Counted from the stretch's first letter, positions 9,640-19,561 are shown. The stretch: 64,000 nucleotides of DNA from Treponemataceae bacterium (GCA_963667725.2 CAXXHO010000003.1:2272001-2336000); one strand, 5' to 3'. Program-made: numbers and translations. The notes: generated by a model from the sequence alone, not told the origin.

Positions 9640-10767
9640 TCAAGTCCTGGGCAAAATGTGCGCGGCTTTCCTGGAGAAGGAGAAGGACACGGTGTCGCCC
9701 ACCTTGTAGAACTCGCCGTCGATCGGATCGTAGGAAATAGCGAGGAGGGGTTTTTCGTAGCCCGTGTCGATTTCGTATTCGATGACGGAGCCGAGGTAGA
9801 CCGCCTTCGTCACTTTCCCTTCGCCAAAGACCTTCACGCTTTCAGCTCCGTCTGGGAGCTCGCCCGCCGACGCCTCCTCCGCCTTGCCCAGCCTCAGCGA
9901 TTCGGGCCTCAGGGTGAGCAGGGCTTCGTCGCCCGCCTTCAGTTCCCGATCGACGCTTCCGGCGAAAAGTTCCCTGCCGCGAGGATCGCGCACCTTCGGC
10001 GCGGCGCCCGTCTCGATCACCGTGACGGGGAAGAGATTAACCTTGCCGATAAAATCGGCGACGAATCTGCTCTTGGGTCTGGAGTAGACATCGAAGGGCG
10101 ATCCCACCTGCATGACGAGTCCTTTTTCCATGACGACGATCCTGTCGGAAACGGTCATCGCCTCAGACTGGTCGTGGGTGACATAGATGCTCGTGATTCC
10201 GAAGGTCTGTTGCACGCGCCGTATTTCCACGCGCATGGTTTCGCGCAACTTTGCGTCGAGGTTGGAGAGCGGTTCGTCGAAGAGAAGAACCCGCGGTCTG
10301 TTCACGACTGCCCTCGCGAGGGCGACGCGCTGCTGTTGGCCGCCCGAGAGCTGGTCTGGCCTGCGTTTTCCCAGCTCGGTGATGCCCATCACGTCCATGA
10401 CTTTCGCGGTTTCTTCGCGGATTTCCGCTTTTGGCCTTCCCTTCAGCTCCAGCCCGAATCCCACATTCTGCTCCACCGACATATGAGGAAATATCGCATA
10501 ACTTTGAAAAACCATGGTCGTGTCGCGTTTGTTGGGCGGCACATCGTTCACCATCTCGCCCGAGATCCATATTTCGCCCTTCGTAGGCGCCTCGAAGCCG
10601 GCCACCATACGCAGGGTCGTCGTCTTGCCGCAGCCGGAAGGCCCCAGCAGCGTGACAAATTCGCCTTCCTTTATCTCGAGGTTCATATCACGCACCGCGA
10701 GCATTATGCCGCCCGCGCGTTCGGGGTCGGCGAATTCCTTCGTTATGTTGACGAGTCGTACGCTCAT
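9640..10767 (-). CDS. ABC ATP-binding subunit, Fe3+/polyamine/sugar-phosphate (FbpC/AfuC) type, with TOBE domain
   Basis: GPSGCGKTT, VFQSYAIFPHM, LSGGQQQRVALARA, DEPLSNLDAKLR. Confidence 0.9.
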   Translation of the reverse strand: MSVRLVNITKEFADPERAGGIMLAVRDMNLEIKEGEFVTLLGPSGCGKTTTLRMVAGFEAPTKGEIWISGEMVNDVPPNKRDTTMVFQSYAIFPHMSVEQNVGFGLELKGRPKAEIREETAKVMDVMGITELGKRRPDQLSGGQQQRVALARAVVNRPRVLLFDEPLSNLDAKLRETMRVEIRRVQQTFGITSIYVTHDQSEAMTVSDRIVVMEKGLVMQVGSPFDVYSRPKSRFVADFIGKVNLFPVTVIETGAAPKVRDPRGRELFAGSVDRELKAGDEALLTLRPESLRLGKAEEASAGELPDGAESVKVFGEGKVTKAVYLGSVIEYEIDTGYEKPLLAISYDPIDGEFYKVGDTVSFSFSRKAAHILPRT

Positions 10768-10776
10768 GGATTCTCC

Positions 10777-12468
10777 TCAGAAATGAAGCATGTTGCCGCC
10801 GAAACGGCCATATTGGGCTTTCAGTATAAGGCGAATGAGGCTGATCGCCACCCCGACGATGAGAACCAGCAGCACGCTGTAGGCTGCGGCCGCGCCAAGG
10901 TTGCCCGATTCCACCTGCGACATGATATGCACGGTCATGAGATTCCACCGCGAGGACACGAGGAAGATAGCCGCGCTCACCGCCGTCATGGCCCTCACGA
11001 AGGCGAAGACCAGCCCCGAGAAAAAAGCCGGCACGATCATGGGCAGCGTTATTTTCGAGAAAGTCCTGCGCGCGTCGGCGCCCAGGTCCACGGCAGCTTC
11101 CTCTATGGAAGGGTCGATCTGCTGGAGAATGGCCGTCCCCGACTCGATGCCGACGGGAATATACCTGAACACGAAGTTCAAAAGGAGGATGGCCAGCGTT
11201 CCCGTGAGCGCGAGCGGCTTATGGTTGAAGGCGAGGATGTAGCCGATGCCTATGACGGTGCCCGGCACGGCGAAGCTCAGGATGCTCATGGTCCCGATCA
11301 GTTTCTTGCCGGGAACCTTCGTCCTCACCACGAGGAAGGCTATCACCATGCCGAAGAGCCCCGCTATCGGCGTCGCGATGCCCGCAATCATCAAAGTATC
11401 GCGCACCGCCTTGAAGCCGACGCCGAACACGAACTTGTAGTGGTCGAAGGTGAGATGGTGGTCGTATCCCCACACCTTGGCGAGGGATCCGAGAAGGATG
11501 GAAAAGTAGATGAGTCCGACGAGGATGGACATGGCGAAACAGAACGCGAAGAGCCCCGTCCGCGCTCCCGCGCTCACGATCTTGCCAGAGGAAGCCTGAG
11601 GCTTGCCCGTCACCGTCGTGTATTTCTTGCGCCTTACTATGGCGCGCTGCAGAAAGAAGGCGGCCACCGAAGGCACGAGGAGAAAGACGGAAATGGCCGC
11701 GCCCTTGGGCAGGTCGTACATGCCTACGATCTGCAGGTAAGCCTGGACCGAGAGCACGGGAAACTTGCTTCCCGCGAGAATGAGAGGATTTCCAAAATCG
11801 GCCAACGTCTCCACGAAGAGCAGAAGAATGGAGCTGGCGATGCCTGGTACGGCCAGGGGAAGCGTGACCCTCGCGAAGACCTTGAAACGCGAGCCGCCGA
11901 GGTTGAGCGCCGCATCCTCCAGGACGGGATTCATCGACTCGAGGACGCCCTTCATAGTCAGGTAGGCGACGGGGAAGAATGTCACCACCTGGGCGAGGAA
12001 GAGCCCGTTGAAGCCGTAGATCGGGAAGTTGTTGATTTTCAGTAGGTTCCAGGTCACGAGGCCGTTGTTGCCGAAGAGCATGATGATGGCGAGGGCGCCG
12101 ATGAAGGGCGGCGAAACGATGGGGATGACGGCGATGATGTTGAAGAGCTTTTTTAAGGGCACGTTCGCCCGCGTCACGGCGAAGGCGAAGAGAAAACCAA
12201 TAAGCGTCCCCGCTACGGCCGTCAGCGCGCTCATCATGAAGCTATTGTAGAAGGCCTTTCGCAGATAGGCGGATTTAACGACATCCCGATAGATGTCGAG
12301 CGAATACCCCGCTTCCGTCCTGAAGCTCTGCAGCGCCACGCTCAGGATCGGCCAGACGACGAAGACCACGAGCGAGAGAAGGGTGAGGAGCGCGACGGCG
12401 AACAGCAGAGGATCGCGGGCAATCCGCTTGAGGTCGCCGATTGCCCGCGAAAATTTGGAGGTGGTCAC
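10777..12468 (-). CDS. ABC permease with duplicated TM module (FbpB/AfuB type)
   Basis: Two EAA loops (LEDAALNLGG, IEEAAVDLGA), DFGNPLIL; about 12 TM segments. Confidence 0.9.
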   Translation of the reverse strand: MTTSKFSRAIGDLKRIARDPLLFAVALLTLLSLVVFVVWPILSVALQSFRTEAGYSLDIYRDVVKSAYLRKAFYNSFMMSALTAVAGTLIGFLFAFAVTRANVPLKKLFNIIAVIPIVSPPFIGALAIIMLFGNNGLVTWNLLKINNFPIYGFNGLFLAQVVTFFPVAYLTMKGVLESMNPVLEDAALNLGGSRFKVFARVTLPLAVPGIASSILLLFVETLADFGNPLILAGSKFPVLSVQAYLQIVGMYDLPKGAAISVFLLVPSVAAFFLQRAIVRRKKYTTVTGKPQASSGKIVSAGARTGLFAFCFAMSILVGLIYFSILLGSLAKVWGYDHHLTFDHYKFVFGVGFKAVRDTLMIAGIATPIAGLFGMVIAFLVVRTKVPGKKLIGTMSILSFAVPGTVIGIGYILAFNHKPLALTGTLAILLLNFVFRYIPVGIESGTAILQQIDPSIEEAAVDLGADARRTFSKITLPMIVPAFFSGLVFAFVRAMTAVSAAIFLVSSRWNLMTVHIMSQVESGNLGAAAAYSVLLVLIVGVAISLIRLILKAQYGRFGGNMLHF

Positions 12469-12483
12469 GATTTTACGCTTCGA

Positions 12484-13491
12484 TCACTTCGCGGAGAGGA
12501 CTTCCTGCACCCACTTCTCCACGAGCCGTTTCTTGTTCTCGCCGGCCCAGATGGGATCGACTTCTATCGTCTTGAGGGATTCGAAATCCGGCATTCCTTT
12601 CCCGAGCTTCGCGCCGGCGATGACGGGATAGAAATAGGTCTGTTTCTCCGTCATGGAGTTCTGCCCCTGGACGGAGCTGAGCCAGTCGATAAGCGCCTGC
12701 GAGGCTTCGAGGTTTTTGGCGCCCTTGAGGATGGAGACGGCTGGCGCCTCGAACCAGACGCCTTCCTTCGGGAATACGACATCGACAGGGAATCCCTTTT
12801 CGATAGCTTCGAAGAAGGCGGGCGTGAACTGGAGGGCGATCGCGCACTGTCCTACCTGTACCGCCTTCGAGGGAGCGGTGCCCGAGGAGGTGTAGGTCTG
12901 AATGTTCGGGGCGAGCTTCTTCATATAGTCGTAGGCTTTCTGTTCGCCCATGAGGACGACGAGGGAGGCCACGACGTTGTACGCCGTGCCCGAGGACTGG
13001 GGCGAGGGCATCTGGATCTGCCCCTTGTAGGCGGGATTGAGCAGGTCGGCCCAGCTTGCCGGTTTGGGAGCGCCGATCCTGGAGAGGACTTCCCTGTTGA
13101 TGGCGAAGGCCATCGGGTTCATGTAGAAGGATCTCCAGTAACCGTCCAGATCCTTGAATTCCTTGCCCAGCTTGTCGAAGTTGGCGCCCTTGTAGGCCTG
13201 GGTGAGTTTTTCCGTCTTGGCGATTATGTGGTTCTCGCTCGGCGCGCCGAACCAGACATCGGCTTGGGGATTGGAGGATTCGGCCTTGATCCTGGCGTAG
13301 GCCGGTCCCGAGGAGAGCTGGACGAACTGGACATTTATGCCCGTATCGGCCGTGAAGGAGTCGAGAATTTTTTTGGCGTTCACCTCATCGACGCTGGAAT
13401 AGACGACGATGGTCTGCCCGGGCTTGGCGACGGCGGGGATGAGGGCGCAGAACAACATAAGCGACGCGAGCAGAAGGGCGATTTTCTTCAT
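12484..13491 (-). CDS. ABC substrate-binding protein (FbpA/AfuA-like; Fe3+ or sugar-phosphate)
   Basis: Signal peptide, NPQADVWFG, P.SWADLL.P.YKGQI.MPSPQSSGTAY, PKEG. Confidence 0.85.
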   Translation of the reverse strand: MKKIALLLASLMLFCALIPAVAKPGQTIVVYSSVDEVNAKKILDSFTADTGINVQFVQLSSGPAYARIKAESSNPQADVWFGAPSENHIIAKTEKLTQAYKGANFDKLGKEFKDLDGYWRSFYMNPMAFAINREVLSRIGAPKPASWADLLNPAYKGQIQMPSPQSSGTAYNVVASLVVLMGEQKAYDYMKKLAPNIQTYTSSGTAPSKAVQVGQCAIALQFTPAFFEAIEKGFPVDVVFPKEGVWFEAPAVSILKGAKNLEASQALIDWLSSVQGQNSMTEKQTYFYPVIAGAKLGKGMPDFESLKTIEVDPIWAGENKKRLVEKWVQEVLSAK

Positions 13492-13593
13492 AGCTGCCTC
13501 CGGCGAATGGATTGGGATTCGTTACGCTTTGAATGGTAGGAGCGTCGTTCGAATATGTCAAGAAAAATCCCCGTCCCCGGAATGCCTTCATTC

Positions 13594-13622
13594 TTGATTA
13601 TATATATTATTTCTAATATATT
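13594..13622 (+). promoter_or_regulatory. Sigma70-type promoter with a perfect 8-4-8 palindromic operator
   Basis: TTGATT-17bp-TATATT; ATATATTA-TTTC-TAATATAT at 13602-13621; ATG follows 6 nt after the -10. Confidence 0.65.
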
Positions 13623-13628
13623 AAATTT

Positions 13629-14111
13629 ATGAATTCTACCCCCACCCTGAAGATATTGAGGGACAATGCCGTCCCGATTGCCGCCACAGTATTTGTCTTT
13701 ACCGTCGCGATTGGCGGAATATTCATACCCGAGATAGGTCTCGTCCTCGCCGCCCTCATGGCGGCAGCCATTGTCATGACGCTGAGAAAGCCGCGTTCCT
13801 TCTGCTCGACAGTCTGCCCGAGGGGAAAGGCGCTGGGGTATATAATGCGCGCGCCCTCGAAAAGGAAGGCCCTCCCCCGATTCATGCTGTCCATCAAGTT
13901 CCGCAGGCTTCTGTGCGGCTCGATGATGTTCTGCGTTATCGGCAGCCTTGTCAGAACGGGGGGCGAGATGCGCGAGGTCGGCTCTGTCTTCTGGGCGCTC
14001 TGCGCCCTCTCCCTTTCGGCCGGGCTCGCCCTTGGGTACTTTTTCAAGCCCCGCTCATGGTGCGCCATATGCCCGATGGGAACCCTGCAGGACACTATTT
14101 CGCGACGCTGA
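13629..14111 (+). CDS. Small membrane 4Fe-4S-binding protein (NapH/Fer4_5-like)
   Basis: Two CxxxCPxG motifs (RSFCSTVCPRG, RSWCAICPMG) between hydrophobic helices. Confidence 0.8.
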   Translation: MNSTPTLKILRDNAVPIAATVFVFTVAIGGIFIPEIGLVLAALMAAAIVMTLRKPRSFCSTVCPRGKALGYIMRAPSKRKALPRFMLSIKFRRLLCGSMMFCVIGSLVRTGGEMREVGSVFWALCALSLSAGLALGYFFKPRSWCAICPMGTLQDTISRR

Positions 14112-14126
14112 TTCACGCTTCTGATA

Positions 14127-14163
14127 AAAATCCTGTCGATCCAGGAGTCCTGTTATCCTGTCC
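14127..14163. repeat. Copy of a dispersed GACAGGA/TCCTGTC extragenic repeat
   Basis: Reverse complement GACAGGATAACAGGACTCCTGGATCGACAGGA matches 56611-56642; shares AAAATCCTGTCG with 56687-56698. Confidence 0.55.
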
Positions 14164-14166
14164 TCT

Positions 14167-15315
14167 CTAAATAAGCGGCGGAAGGTCGACCCAGCTCCTC
14201 GTCTTCCAGCTCTCAAGGCCCAGCTCAGCCAGCTGTACGCCCTTGGCGCCGGCGAGGAGATCCCAGGGGAAGGGATCGTCCTGGGCGACATGGAGAAGGA
14301 ATTTTTCCCACTGAACCTTGAAGGCGTTGTCGGCAAGGTCACGCGTGGGCACCGCTGCCCAATTTTCGAGATAATCGATCGAACTGGCGACATCGGGATT
14401 CCAGACGGGCTTGGGCGTCATGGCCTCGCTTTGTATGCTGCACTCGCGCAGGCCGGCCACCGCCGTTCCCTTCGTGCCGTCCACCTGCATGACGAAGAGA
14501 TCGTCGCGCCTCACCCTTACCGCCCAGGAGCTGTTGAACTGGCAAATGACGCCGTTCTTCAGCATGAAGGTTCCATAGGCTGCGTCCTCGGCCGTGCAGG
14601 CGTATTCCATGCCCTTCTCGTCGAGACGCTTATCGATATGGGTCGCGCCGAGGGCCGAAAGGGAAGCTATCTCCCCGAAGAGATTGTCGATGACATAGCG
14701 CCAGTGGCAGAACATGTCGATCATGATGCCGCCGCCATCTTCTTTCCTGTAGTTCCAGGAAGGCCGCTGGCAGGGCTGCGAATACCCGTCGAACACCCAG
14801 TAGCCGAATTCGCCCCGCACAGAGAGGATCTTGCCGAAAAACCCCGTGTCGATGAGGTATTTGAGTTTGAGAAGGCCGGGGAGCCAGAGCTTGTCCTGGA
14901 CGACGCCCTGCTTTACCCCGGCCGCCTTCGCAAGTTTGTAAAGCTTGAGCGCTTCGGTCGTGGTCGTAGCCGTTGGCTTTTCGCAGTAGATGGCCTTGCC
15001 CGCCTTGATGGCGCGCTCGATCCCCGCGGTCCGCTGGGCCGTGGTCTGCGAATCGAAGTATATTTCGTTGTAAGGGTCGGCGAGGGCGGCGTCCAGATCG
15101 GTGGTGAAGCGTGAGAGGGCGTAGGTTTTCGCGAGGGCGGCGAGCTTGCGTTCGTCGCGGCCGACGAGGATGGGGTCCGGCAGGAGCCTGGTTCCGTCGC
15201 GGAGCCGGACGCCGCCCTGGTCGCGGATCGCCAGAATGGAGCGCGCCAGGTGCTGGTTCGTCCCCATCCGCCCCGTGACGCCGTTCATTATGACACCTAT
15301 GGTTCTGTCGCTCAT
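14167..15315 (-). CDS. Gfo/Idh/MocA family oxidoreductase
   Basis: NGVTGRMG Rossmann start, AGKAIYCEKP, GGGIMIDMFCHW. Confidence 0.9.
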   Translation of the reverse strand: MSDRTIGVIMNGVTGRMGTNQHLARSILAIRDQGGVRLRDGTRLLPDPILVGRDERKLAALAKTYALSRFTTDLDAALADPYNEIYFDSQTTAQRTAGIERAIKAGKAIYCEKPTATTTTEALKLYKLAKAAGVKQGVVQDKLWLPGLLKLKYLIDTGFFGKILSVRGEFGYWVFDGYSQPCQRPSWNYRKEDGGGIMIDMFCHWRYVIDNLFGEIASLSALGATHIDKRLDEKGMEYACTAEDAAYGTFMLKNGVICQFNSSWAVRVRRDDLFVMQVDGTKGTAVAGLRECSIQSEAMTPKPVWNPDVASSIDYLENWAAVPTRDLADNAFKVQWEKFLLHVAQDDPFPWDLLAGAKGVQLAELGLESWKTRSWVDLPPLI

Positions 15316-16130
15316 ACCTTTTCCTCCCAGGCTTTCCTGATCATTCCGAGAAATACGTTCTGATCCATGCTCCAGTAGCGGTCGGAGAAAATCTCCACTT
15401 CGACGAAGCCGGCAAAGCCCGCCTTTTCGACCCAGCTCCTGACGCGCGGGATGTCGATGCAGCCCTCGCCCATGAGGCCGCGGTCGTTGAGCATGTCGAC
15501 GGTGGGCGATTTCCAGTCGCAGACATGGAAGGCGAATATCTTTTCCATGGCGCCGCAGCGCGCGATTTCAGGTTCGAGTTCGGGATCCCACCAGGTATGG
15601 TAGACATCGACGGCGACGCCGAGCGATGGGCGATCGAAGCGCTCACAGAGGTCGTTGGCCTGCCTCATCGTGTTGACCACCGATCTCGTGTCCGTATACA
15701 TAGGGTGAAGAGGCTCGATGGCCAGCTTCACGCCGGCTTTTTCCGCCTCGGGGAGAACGGCCTCGAGACCGGCCTCGACTTGTTCGCGGGCCGCGCCAAG
15801 GGGGACGCGGGGATCGGCGCCGCAGACGAGGACGATGAGGGGAGCGCCGAGTTCGGCGCTGTCATGGATGAGGGAGATGTTGTCGGCGATTTTTTGCCGG
15901 CGCCTCGCCTCGTCCGCCGCGGGAAAGAAGCCTCCCCGAACCATGGAAACGACGCTCAACCCGGCCTGGCGTATGAGGGCGGCCGCTTTCGCCGGTTTCA
16001 TGCCCTCGATCGTCTCCTTCCAGACCGAGACGCCCGATACGCCGGCTTCCGCGTACTTGGCCACCGCGGTCTCGAGGGGCCAGGGTTTTGTCGTGAAGGT
16101 ATGGATCGCGAAGCGCGACAGGTCAGTCAT
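15312..16130 (-). CDS. Sugar phosphate isomerase/epimerase (xylose isomerase-like TIM barrel)
   Basis: LAIEPLHP, DVYH, FHVCDW, DRGLMGEGCID, EVEIF metal-ligand motifs. Confidence 0.88.
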   Translation of the reverse strand: MTDLSRFAIHTFTTKPWPLETAVAKYAEAGVSGVSVWKETIEGMKPAKAAALIRQAGLSVVSMVRGGFFPAADEARRRQKIADNISLIHDSAELGAPLIVLVCGADPRVPLGAAREQVEAGLEAVLPEAEKAGVKLAIEPLHPMYTDTRSVVNTMRQANDLCERFDRPSLGVAVDVYHTWWDPELEPEIARCGAMEKIFAFHVCDWKSPTVDMLNDRGLMGEGCIDIPRVRSWVEKAGFAGFVEVEIFSDRYWSMDQNVFLGMIRKAWEEKV

Positions 16131-16149
16131 TCAATCCTCCCGCAAGTTT

Positions 16150-17538
16150 TCATATCGTATAGAAGCGCTGGGGCTCCATGCCTCGCGCGAGCCTGCCGAG
16201 GTAGAGAGCCAGTTCGAGGAGATGATAGTCGCCCCACATGCAGGATTCGCCGCGCGGTATGCCGTCTGCTCCCGGCTCGGCGTCCCAGCGGTTCGGGTAA
16301 TGGTAGACCGCGTTCAGGAGAAGGCCTTCGTGTTCGGCCTTCATGCTCAGGTAAGGCTCAGCCATAAGCGTCCGCGCCGTTTTGCCGCCCGCCCGCAGGT
16401 ATCTGTCAGCCGATGGGTCGCCCTCCGCCTCGAGGAATCTTCCGAGCCGCAGCAGTCCCTGCGCGGCGATCGCGGCGGCCGAGGAGTCCACGGGTTCGAA
16501 GGGATTGTCAGGCGCCGCGGGCTTGTCCAGCCAGTTTCCCAGCTTCCATAGATTGGGCGCTCCCGTGTCCCAGTAGGGTATGCCGTCGGGAGGCGTGTTT
16601 TCAATGTAGAAATCGCTCGTTACTCGCGCCACCTGCTTGAAGCGTTCAAGGGCCGCTTTTTTCGTGGGAAAGTAGAGAAGGTCGAGGGCGGTGAACTCGG
16701 ATTCCGGGAGGGATGCCAGGTATTCCAATTCTTCGGCGAAGCCGAGGATTATCCAGGCTAGGCCTCTCGTCCAGGTGGTGAAGGGCGAATAGCCCTGCTG
16801 GCTGGCGGGGCAGCGGTAGGAACGGCTTTCCACGTTGAAGATCGATTCATGGGCTACCCTTCCGGCCACGTCCCAGCGGTCGCGGCCCTCGCCGAAGTAG
16901 ACATTGTAGCGGGCCGTCGTCTCCGCGTGCCGCAGGAGCCGCGCGAGGAGGCTCACCTTTTTGTCCTGCTCGCCCATGAGAACCTGGCCGAGACTGTGCG
17001 CCACGGCGAGCACGCGCAGCGAGCGTATGGTGTCGGCGAAGAGGGAGTGGGCGCCATTGAAGGAATAGATGAAGCCGAGGTCGGGGAAGTGAGTCCATCG
17101 CGATGCCTGGACGGCACCCGAAACCTTGAGGGACAAGCGGTAGAATTCGGCTTCCCACTCGTTTCTCTCGATCCGTCCTTCGGCCATCATGCGAAGCAGG
17201 TTTCCGTAAGTAGAAATGTTGTTGAAGCCATGGTCGTGGACTCCGAAGTGGGAGACATGGCGTGCCATGGCGTTTACCGTGTTTCGGCGGCCATAATCCA
17301 GGAACCAGGGGTCTCCCGAAGCCTCGAAAATCAGGAGGGCGTTGCCGAACTGGAAGCCCTGCGTCCATTCGGTCCAGCCGCGCTGCGTGTAGCGCCCGCC
17401 AATCGTGAAAACCGGCGAACCTGATTCGCCTTCCCAATGGGTAGCGAGAAGCTTCGTCTTGCCCGCGGCCAGGGAAAAAACCTTGCCGACCGGTCCGGCG
17501 AAGGACGCCCAGTCCGTCGTTTCGTGCAGATCGATCAT
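16150..17538 (-). CDS. GH88-like unsaturated glucuronyl hydrolase, cytoplasmic
   Basis: WTQGF, HDHGF, LFADT, QGY....WTRGLAW, PYWD, DSSAAAIAA, WGDY; no signal peptide. Confidence 0.8.
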   Translation of the reverse strand: MIDLHETTDWASFAGPVGKVFSLAAGKTKLLATHWEGESGSPVFTIGGRYTQRGWTEWTQGFQFGNALLIFEASGDPWFLDYGRRNTVNAMARHVSHFGVHDHGFNNISTYGNLLRMMAEGRIERNEWEAEFYRLSLKVSGAVQASRWTHFPDLGFIYSFNGAHSLFADTIRSLRVLAVAHSLGQVLMGEQDKKVSLLARLLRHAETTARYNVYFGEGRDRWDVAGRVAHESIFNVESRSYRCPASQQGYSPFTTWTRGLAWIILGFAEELEYLASLPESEFTALDLLYFPTKKAALERFKQVARVTSDFYIENTPPDGIPYWDTGAPNLWKLGNWLDKPAAPDNPFEPVDSSAAAIAAQGLLRLGRFLEAEGDPSADRYLRAGGKTARTLMAEPYLSMKAEHEGLLLNAVYHYPNRWDAEPGADGIPRGESCMWGDYHLLELALYLGRLARGMEPQRFYTI

Positions 17539-17560
17539 CGGAACCTCCTGGAAAAAGCCT

Positions 17561-18373
17561 TTAAAGCCTCGAGATTTGGAATCCGCCGTCTATATTGAAG
17601 ATATTGCCTGTCGAAAAGGCGAAATCGCCTTCGAGGAGGGATCTGACAGCCCTGCCGACGTCCTCGGGATAGCCCCAGCGTCCCTGGGGAACCACGCCCT
17701 CGGCTATCATCGCGTCGTATTTCCCTTTGACGCCCTTCGTCATGTCGGTCTCCATGATGCCGGGGCGGAGCTCGTAGACTTGGATGCCAGAACCGGCCAA
17801 CCGCGCCGCCCAGAGCTGGGCCGCCATCGAGAGGCCGGCCTTGGAGACGCAGTATTCGCCTCTGCCTATCGAGGCGGTGACGGCCGATATGGAGGTGACG
17901 AAAACGACCTTGAAGCCTTGGGGGAGGACGGACTCGGCGCCGCCTGAAAGCCAGCGTCTCGCCACCGCCTGCGTAAGGAAATACGGCCCCTGCAGGTTGG
18001 TGCGCAACACTTCCTCGAAGGATTCCTCGCTCGCGTCGATGATATCCGCCCGCACCCTCGGTCCGATGCCCGCGTTGTTCACGAGGGCGTCGAGAGCGCC
18101 GAAACGGGCGAAGACGGACTCGACAAGGTCCTTTCGCTGGGCCGAATCCGAGATGTCACAGCGAAAAATCCCGAAACGCTGGGATGATGAGAGCGCGGCT
18201 GACTCGCAGAGGGAGAGCGTCTCTTTGGCCGCCTTTTCGTTGCCTGAGTAGTGGATGGCCAGGGAAAAACCGCTTTTCGCCAGCTCGAGGGCTATACCCC
18301 GACCCAGGCCTCTGCTCGATCCGGTGACGAGGGCAGCGGGAATTTTCCCGACCGAGTTCGATAAATCCGGCAT
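17561..18373 (-). CDS. Short-chain dehydrogenase/reductase (3-ketoacyl-ACP reductase-like)
   Basis: TGSSRGLG, VNNAG, YCVSK, DGG; start set at ATG 18373, just after a TTGACA-17-CATTCT promoter. Confidence 0.88.
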   Translation of the reverse strand: MPDLSNSVGKIPAALVTGSSRGLGRGIALELAKSGFSLAIHYSGNEKAAKETLSLCESAALSSSQRFGIFRCDISDSAQRKDLVESVFARFGALDALVNNAGIGPRVRADIIDASEESFEEVLRTNLQGPYFLTQAVARRWLSGGAESVLPQGFKVVFVTSISAVTASIGRGEYCVSKAGLSMAAQLWAARLAGSGIQVYELRPGIMETDMTKGVKGKYDAMIAEGVVPQGRWGYPEDVGRAVRSLLEGDFAFSTGNIFNIDGGFQISRL

Positions 18374-18480
18374 GGAAAACAGAATGGTGCGGTCATTGAA
18401 CTTTGTCAAGCCGAATAGATCCGCCGAATGATCCGCATCGAGATAGAGCTCGCGCGCTTGGAAATAATACCTAAAAATTC

Positions 18481-18510
18481 TTGACATCGCTTTTAAAGCG
18501 TACCTATACT
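18481..18510 (+). promoter_or_regulatory. Promoter of tctCBA with an internal palindrome
   Basis: TTGACA-18bp-TATACT; CGCTTT-T-AAAGCG at 18488-18500. Confidence 0.5.
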
Positions 18511-18547
18511 GGCTTAGCTATGCGAATATCCTAAGGAGGATCATGCC

Positions 18548-19561
18548 ATGAAACAGTTTGCACGTGGCGCACTCACTATCCTGGCGCTCTTGTGCGTCGT
18601 CGCGTCGGGAGTCTCGGCGCAGGCGACCTGGAAACCTACAAAACCGATCACCGTCATCGTTCCTTGGGGGGCCGGCGGCTCCACCGACCAGGCCAGCCGC
18701 ATCGCCGCGGGTGAGCTCGAAGCCGCGCTCGGCACAAAGATCGTCATCGTCAATCAGCCCGGAGCTTCCGGCTCCGTCGGAACAAAATCCGTTCTCGACG
18801 CGCCTCGCGACGGCTACACATGGGCATCGGGCGCCGCTGCCGACCTCGCCACCTATCCGGTGTTGGGATTCCTCGACACGAATATCAGGAAAGACTGGCA
18901 TCTCTATCTCTCCGTCGCCAACGTCAGCGTCATCAGCGTCAACGCGAATACTCCCTACAAGACCTTCGACGAGCTTCTCGCGGCGATGAAAGCCAATCCC
19001 GGCAAGATCACCGTCGCCACCGCTGGCCTGAGCTCAGCTGGACATATCGCCATCGAGATGATCAAGAAGTACACCGGCATCGATTACAAGCACGTCACCT
19101 ATGACGGCGGCAACCCCGCCGTGATAGCGACCGTCTCCGGCGAGACCCAGCTAACGACCCAGCTCGCTGTCGAGCAAGCCGACATGATCCGCGGCAAGAA
19201 ACTCCGCCCCCTGGCCGTCCTATCCGACAAACCGCTCCAGCTCGACGGCTATGGAACCATCGCCCCGATCACGAAGTGGATCAAGGAATTCCAGGCCGGC
19301 CCCAACTATTTCGGTATTTTCATTCCGAACGGCGTTCCCCAGGAAGTCATCGACACGGTCAACAAAGCCTGGGAAAACACCGTCATGAAGTCCAAGAAGA
19401 TCCAGGATTACGCCAAATCCCGCGGCGCCGTGTTCGCCCCGTCCTTTGGACAGAAGGCCCAGGACAACGCGTTCGCCTATTATCAGCCCGTCGCCTGGCT
19501 CTACTACGATGCCGGCAAAGCCAAGGTTTCCCCGGACACCGTAGGCATTCCCAAACCCTAA
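18548..19561 (+). CDS. tctC: Tripartite tricarboxylate transporter substrate-binding protein
   Basis: Signal peptide; P.KPITVIVPWGAGGSTD, NQPGASG, DGYT. Confidence 0.9.
   Translation: MKQFARGALTILALLCVVASGVSAQATWKPTKPITVIVPWGAGGSTDQASRIAAGELEAALGTKIVIVNQPGASGSVGTKSVLDAPRDGYTWASGAAADLATYPVLGFLDTNIRKDWHLYLSVANVSVISVNANTPYKTFDELLAAMKANPGKITVATAGLSSAGHIAIEMIKKYTGIDYKHVTYDGGNPAVIATVSGETQLTTQLAVEQADMIRGKKLRPLAVLSDKPLQLDGYGTIAPITKWIKEFQAGPNYFGIFIPNGVPQEVIDTVNKAWENTVMKSKKIQDYAKSRGAVFAPSFGQKAQDNAFAYYQPVAWLYYDAGKAKVSPDTVGIPKP

Noticed and set aside
9658..12045. 795-aa plus-strand ORF, and similar long ORFs such as 46283-47656, 56609-57643 and 31191-32315
   Set aside because: Antisense shadows of well-supported genes; expected from GC-rich codon bias, with no recognisable motifs
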